From: an uncultured virus (IMG/VR IMGVR_UViG_3300025598_001701)
Taxonomy: Duplodnaviria; Heunggongvirae; Uroviricota; Caudoviricetes
IMG/VR virus record: IMGVR_UViG_3300025598_001701
Strand: one strand, 5' to 3'
Length of the DNA: 20,000 bases
In this document: positions 15,684 through 20,000 of the stretch, in pieces
Position numbering within the stretch: the first letter of the stretch is position 1
Layout of the letters: each line of letters opens with the position of its first letter
Position numbers and translations under genes: made by a program
The notes under the pieces: model-generated
Seen by the model: the letters and a program-made list of their open reading frames with translations, nothing else
What the model was told of the DNA's origin: nothing
The model's database searches: none

Positions 15684-16787
15684 TTATTTTTCATATATTT
15701 TGTTGTGTGTAGAATTACATCTTATAAATGTAGTTCGTTTGGAAAGTTCTTTTAGTGACTTACTGCCAGTATAAGTTAGGGTGCTTCTAATACCTCCAAG
15801 TATATCTTGAACTACTGACTCTACATCACCTTTATATGGAATCCAAACTTCTTTTCCTTCGGCTGCTCTATATGACTTTAATCCACCGCTATGTTTTTCG
15901 TTAGCAGATTTTGAACTCATACCATAAAACTTTACAAATTGTTCGGTGATAAAAGTATCTTCTATTTCTCCGTCATCGTTCATCCAAACACGATTACTGC
16001 GAGTCATTTGTGATATGACATCACCGCCGCCTTGATCAGTTCCTGCTAACATAGAACCAAGCATTACGAAGTCTGCGCCAGCCCCAAAAGCCTTAGACAC
16101 ATCGCCAGGACAAGTGCAACCACCATCACTAATGATATGTCCACCAAGCCCATGAGCAGCATCAGCGCACTCAATAATAGCACTAAGCTGTGGATAACCA
16201 ACACCCGTTTTGAGACGAGTAGTGCAGACACTGCCAGGACCAATACCAACTTTAATAATATCTGCTCCTGCAAGAAGCAACTCCTCTGTCATTTCACCAG
16301 TTACCACATTGCCTGCGATAATAACAAGCATTGGATTTTCAGCACGGAATCGTTTTACAAAATCAACAAATCGTTCTGTATAACCATTAGCCACATCAAT
16401 ACAAACAAATTTAATATTGTTGGGCGGTAACTTACTTACCACTAGTTTGAACTTTTCGTATTCTTCTTCTTTAATACCAAGACCATATGCCCAATATTCT
16501 TGAATATTATAACCCGTGCGACCAATCCATAAGATAAGTTCTTCGGGCGTATAATTCTTGCGTAAGCATGTGAACATTTTGTAAGTAGCAAGTTTTTCTG
16601 CCATTTCAAATGTAGCCACACCATCCATATTTGCCGCCATAATTGGAACGCCGCTCCAAAAATGCGGACTATTCCTAAAAGCAAATTCGCGTTCAAGCGA
16701 TACTTCTTCACGACTCGTAAGAGTAGAACGTTTAGGCAAGATTAGCACATCACTAAAATCAAGTTTAGTGTCATTGATAATACGCAT
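15684..16787 (-). CDS. guaC: GMP reductase
   Basis: [81 protein letters not shown]. Confidence 0.95.
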   Translation of the reverse strand: MRIINDTKLDFSDVLILPKRSTLTSREEVSLEREFAFRNSPHFWSGVPIMAANMDGVATFEMAEKLATYKMFTCLRKNYTPEELILWIGRTGYNIQEYWAYGLGIKEEEYEKFKLVVSKLPPNNIKFVCIDVANGYTERFVDFVKRFRAENPMLVIIAGNVVTGEMTEELLLAGADIIKVGIGPGSVCTTRLKTGVGYPQLSAIIECADAAHGLGGHIISDGGCTCPGDVSKAFGAGADFVMLGSMLAGTDQGGGDVISQMTRSNRVWMNDDGEIEDTFITEQFVKFYGMSSKSANEKHSGGLKSYRAAEGKEVWIPYKGDVESVVQDILGGIRSTLTYTGSKSLKELSKRTTFIRCNSTHNKIYEK

Positions 16788-16797
16788 TATTCACCTA

Positions 16798-17046
16798 TTA
16801 GTTTGTAACGCCGAGAGAACGAAGTTCTTTCAACTTCTTTTGCCAACGTTTTGCAGCACGTGCTTTTGCTTTCTTGCGCTTCATACTTGGTTGTTCAAAG
16901 CGTTCACGTTCACGAAGTGTTTGGAAGATACCATCTTGCTGTAGCATCTTCTTCATCTTGCGAAGTGCCTTGTTGACATCATTATTATGGACTTCTACAA
17001 AGAATCCACGTTGTTTAACATTTTCAAGTTCTGGTCTATTAGCCAT
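16798..17046 (-). CDS. rpsU: Ribosomal protein bS21
   Basis: Start at ATG 17046 after GAGG. VEVHNNDVNKALRKMKK...GIFQTLRERERFEQPSMKRKKAKARAAKRW. Confidence 0.9.
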   Translation of the reverse strand: MANRPELENVKQRGFFVEVHNNDVNKALRKMKKMLQQDGIFQTLRERERFEQPSMKRKKAKARAAKRWQKKLKELRSLGVTN

Positions 17047-17428
17047 TATTTTCCTCTTTGATATAATTATTATGTTGTTGAATAAGCCAAGAATATATGT
17101 CAAGTGTTTGTCTGTGACAATATTCGGCAATCTTGTTGGACCCCAAAGACCAACAATTCTTTTGTGCAAGCAACCAGCCTTTAAGTAGTTCTTTGTTGCC
17201 GCTAAATCTGCTGTTAACAATAGTAGCATGTGAATGTTTATGTGCATTTATGCACCAAACATCATCTTCATCATTACTTCCGTATAAAAAAAGTGTAACA
17301 TCAATATCTAAATTGTTTATAGTTGTGCTTAAGCGTTCTATATCACTCCACTCAACATCAACGAGCAACACTTTAAATCTGCTATCTAAATCCATATCTG
17401 GTGCTGTAACAATACGACTTTCGTTCAT
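17039..17428 (-). CDS. Hypothetical protein
   Basis: 129 aa, overlapping both neighbouring genes. Confidence 0.7.
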   Translation of the reverse strand: MNESRIVTAPDMDLDSRFKVLLVDVEWSDIERLSTTINNLDIDVTLFLYGSNDEDDVWCINAHKHSHATIVNSRFSGNKELLKGWLLAQKNCWSLGSNKIAEYCHRQTLDIYSWLIQQHNNYIKEENNG

Positions 17429-18951
17429 TGTCCTAAACTATCAATAGCACTTTGTTCAGCGGGTGTCATATCTTCGTATTCAACTTCTTTACGTTGCATT
17501 CTACCTAACTGCCAATGCTTCCAATTTACATTATCAGTATAGCTTGTGTTTTGTTGTTTGTCAACAATAATCCACTCTGTACCATTCCATTTATATAAAT
17601 TATTTGGTTGTGATACCAGAATAAAAAGCTGTCCTGCGTATGGATTTTGTGGAAATTGTGGACCTGCAATATCGTTATCTACATCAAGCACATATGCTTT
17701 TGCGTCAATGCCTGACGCTTCTTCACGATACAATTCTCGTTCTGCTTTAAGTTGGTGTATTTCACGATTTTTATTATCTACTTCTTTTAACAATTGATCT
17801 AAAGCAACTGTTAAATCCATAAGTGTTTTATTATCAGTGTTATCTACAATCTTTTCAACTTCAACAATTTTTTCAATAGGAACTTCTACTATTTTTTCAA
17901 CTTCTACTATTTTTTCAACAGGAACTTCTACAATCTTTTCTACTTCTTTAATAACTTCCACATCACGATAAATTGGCACAGCTTGTGTTACAACTTGTTC
18001 AATAATCTGTGGTTCACGATTGCGTAATTCATCTACTTCTGCTTGAAGTTTTTCAGCACGTAGAACTGCATCATTATCATATACTGTAACTATTTTTTCA
18101 ACAGGTTTTTCTACAATAACTTCTTTTACAATTTCTTTTACGATTTGTTCAGTTTGCGTATCACGTTCTTTGCGGCGTGAGGAAATGCCCATAGTAGCAC
18201 CTAACACAAGTGATACTGCAAGTGGATCAAACACAGCAACAATAAAAATAATCACCCAACGCACCGCACGTTCAAGAAGTGACTTGTCAACATTATCTCC
18301 GTATATTAATTGTGCAATATACTTGATTGGACCTACTTCGGCTTCAACTTTTAATTGTGCTTGATTAAGTTTTAGCTTTTGTGCATTTAGTTCTTGTATG
18401 CGTTTATTAGTTTCATCAATAGTTTTATTAGCTGCTTCACGATCTTTCTTTTGGCTATCACGCAGCTTGGTAGCTTGTGTAGCTAATGTAGATGTGCGAT
18501 TGTTATCTTTAGTTGCATTACTTGCACTACCGCTTAACAGACTATTGACAGCATCATCCATTTGTTTTATAACTGCTTGGTTATCCTTAATGCGTGTTTG
18601 TTCAACTGCAAGGTTCTGATCTATTTGTTCAATTAATAATGTATTATCGCCAACACTGCTTGTAGTCTCAATGTGCGCACGTGATAGGAATCCAAAGATA
18701 CCCATACTTGTAACAAACATCAATATGACTACTGCAAGTGACAAATACCATTTTACAAAACCATTTACACGGTTCCAATTTTGGTGTAACCATACTGTTG
18801 TAATGATTTTACCAAATTCTAGCACACCACCCATGATAATAATAGGAATAACTGCACCACTAAAAATGGCGGTCAATCCAGCAATACTATAATATGCTGC
18901 CACACCGCTTATGCTTATGGCACTCAATAGTGCTAAAATGTTTAAGAACAT
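17425..18951 (-). CDS. Multi-TM coiled-coil membrane protein with VEKIVEV repeats
   Basis: Start MFLNIL at 18951 (TAATG overlap). Three TM helices, coiled coil, fourth TM (FDPLA), repeat region, PxNPxxGQLF..LYKWNGxxW motif. Confidence 0.75.
   Translation of the reverse strand: MFLNILALLSAISISGVAAYYSIAGLTAIFSGAVIPIIIMGGVLEFGKIITTVWLHQNWNRVNGFVKWYLSLAVVILMFVTSMGIFGFLSRAHIETTSSVGDNTLLIEQIDQNLAVEQTRIKDNQAVIKQMDDAVNSLLSGSASNATKDNNRTSTLATQATKLRDSQKKDREAANKTIDETNKRIQELNAQKLKLNQAQLKVEAEVGPIKYIAQLIYGDNVDKSLLERAVRWVIIFIVAVFDPLAVSLVLGATMGISSRRKERDTQTEQIVKEIVKEVIVEKPVEKIVTVYDNDAVLRAEKLQAEVDELRNREPQIIEQVVTQAVPIYRDVEVIKEVEKIVEVPVEKIVEVEKIVEVPIEKIVEVEKIVDNTDNKTLMDLTVALDQLLKEVDNKNREIHQLKAERELYREEASGIDAKAYVLDVDNDIAGPQFPQNPYAGQLFILVSQPNNLYKWNGTEWIIVDKQQNTSYTDNVNWKHWQLGRMQRKEVEYEDMTPAEQSAIDSLGQ
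17845..17958 (-). repeat. In-frame degenerate 18/24-bp tandem repeats encoding (P)VEKIVEV
   Basis: Recurring TTTTCAACTTCTAC/AAC units encoding EVEKIVEVPVEKIVEVEKIVEVPIEKIVEVEKIVD. Confidence 0.8.
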
Positions 18952-19313
18952 TACGTATTTACCCTGTTTTCTACCACGTACCAACCAATAGTTTTTAAAT
19001 CTTCACGCACTTCTTCATCAATCGTGCCTTCGGAAATATAAACTGCGTCATCGCTTAAACTTGCTGTATAATAGCGCATATAATCGCCATTAAAACTGCC
19101 TTCATACAAATCAGCAGCAATTCCACCAGCATGACGCCAACTGCAACTCCAGTGCCACGCTGCTAATATTGATAGCACTTCTGCCTTTATGAACTCATTA
19201 TTGCATAGTGTTGCATACAAATGTTGACAATATACATCATTACCATGTGCTTTATTGCGGATATATTCGCTAGCATACAAATCTTTTTCTAAATCTGGTT
19301 TAGGTTGATCCAT
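18951..19313 (-). CDS. Hypothetical phage protein
   Basis: LYATLCNNEF...SCSWRHAGGIAADL...DY..Y...EG.I..EVREDL..IGW; GGAG RBS. Confidence 0.75.
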   Translation of the reverse strand: MDQPKPDLEKDLYASEYIRNKAHGNDVYCQHLYATLCNNEFIKAEVLSILAAWHWSCSWRHAGGIAADLYEGSFNGDYMRYYTASLSDDAVYISEGTIDEEVREDLKTIGWYVVENRVNT

Positions 19314-19318
19314 AAAAA

Positions 19319-19362
19319 GGCTCCGTGATATTTAATTTACCACGGAGCCACTATATTGTCAA
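19319..19362 (-). promoter_or_regulatory. Hairpin/terminator with TAAATA in the loop, overlapped by a sigma70-like promoter
   Basis: GGCTCCGTG-GTAAATTAAATAT-CACGGAGCC-TTTTT-ATG; TTGACA(19362-19357)-N17-TAAATT. Confidence 0.65.
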
Positions 19363-19370
19363 TACTAAAA

Positions 19371-20000
19371 TTAGAAGTCGTAAGTTAAACCAACCATAAT
19401 TGTAGCATTATCATAGTGATTGCCTTTATCATAACCAGCAGTTAGTGTCAAGTTTGTATTTTTTGCAATTTGTTTCTTTGCAATAACTTTAACAGTTTCT
19501 ACTGCGCCATAAACAGGACTATCACTTACCTTTGCTTGAACTACAATGCCGCTATCAATTTCTTTTTGAATACCAACATAAGGCATAGCAGTTGTTGAGT
19601 TGCCAGTTTTTGGATTTTGTGCAAGAATAGCACTACCGTTGCTGCCGCCATCGCTTACACTACTGTTGTTAACAACAACGCCAACAAATGGTGTCCAACC
19701 TAACAAGTCTTTTGGACTATAAACAGCAAAGTCACCATACACATTAGTTTGTTTTACTTTTTGGCTATTCATTAAACTAAATGATGGAATACTTACGCTA
19801 TTGGTAAGTTCACTGTAAGCAACGCCGCCAGCAACTTTAATTGTAGCCCAAGGTTGCTTACTTAACACATAAGCAGTTGCGCTGCCGTTTGTGCCAGTTA
19901 AACTGCTGTTGTTATACCCACTTGTAGATATTTGACCATAGTAACCAGCAATACCAACTGTGTTATTATCAATAGTTTTTTGATAACCAAAAGCAATACC
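19371..20000 (-). CDS. Outer-membrane beta-barrel / autotransporter-like domain (5'-truncated)
   Basis: Frame open to 20000 (GIAFGYQKTIDNNTVGIAGYYG...). Alternating amphipathic strands, WTPFVG, C-terminal VGLTYDF beta-signal. Confidence 0.75.
   Translation of the reverse strand, partial: GIAFGYQKTIDNNTVGIAGYYGQISTSGYNNSSLTGTNGSATAYVLSKQPWATIKVAGGVAYSELTNSVSIPSFSLMNSQKVKQTNVYGDFAVYSPKDLLGWTPFVGVVVNNSSVSDGGSNGSAILAQNPKTGNSTTAMPYVGIQKEIDSGIVVQAKVSDSPVYGAVETVKVIAKKQIAKNTNLTLTAGYDKGNHYDNATIMVGLTYDF

Noticed and set aside
15684..16787. IMP dehydrogenase (guaB)
   Set aside because: No CBS insert; DVANGY, PKRSTL and GVGYPQLSA motifs are GMP reductase type.
17845..17958. CRISPR-like array
   Set aside because: Degenerate in-frame coding repeats without unique spacers.
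835..18892. Many 60-150-aa ORFs nested in or antisense to larger genes (e.g. 2951..3316, 3643..4089, 4376..4759, 4585..5016, 10057..10320, 16874..17188)
   Set aside because: They overlap well-supported genes and show no RBS or motifs.
1..20000. TAG-recoded genes within this window
   Set aside because: All recognisable genes are intact under the standard code and no gap is closed by TAG readthrough.

Overview
AT-rich, densely coding segment of a large lytic dsDNA phage, probably a T4-related or jumbo myovirus of a Gram-negative host (likely Proteobacteria). It is mostly transcribed on the minus strand and is an accessory/host-takeover region with no core replication or capsid genes. Recognisable genes: csgF-like (partial), RmlB-type dTDP-glucose dehydratase, SWIM-finger protein, membrane CDGSH-like protein, phasin-like + DUF3563-like pair, uvsE, SGNH-like protein, NodU/CmcH carbamoyltransferase, metallophosphoesterase, clpS, hsp20, two GIY-YIG/NUMOD3-type endonucleases, guaC, bS21 and a partial outer-membrane beta-barrel. 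There are three CCA-ending tRNAs: Gln-UUG, an amber suppressor (CUA) and a Thr-UGU with a long variable loop. Most notable: (i) a ~200-nt GC-rich, end-paired, non-coding RNA candidate near the suppressor tRNA; (ii) the CUA tRNA together with no use of TAG in any called gene; (iii) a PhaR-box-like operator over the promoter of the DUF3563/phasin-like pair; (iv) repeated TAAATA-in-hairpin elements that sequester ribosome-binding sites. All family calls are by eye from motifs; no database search was run.
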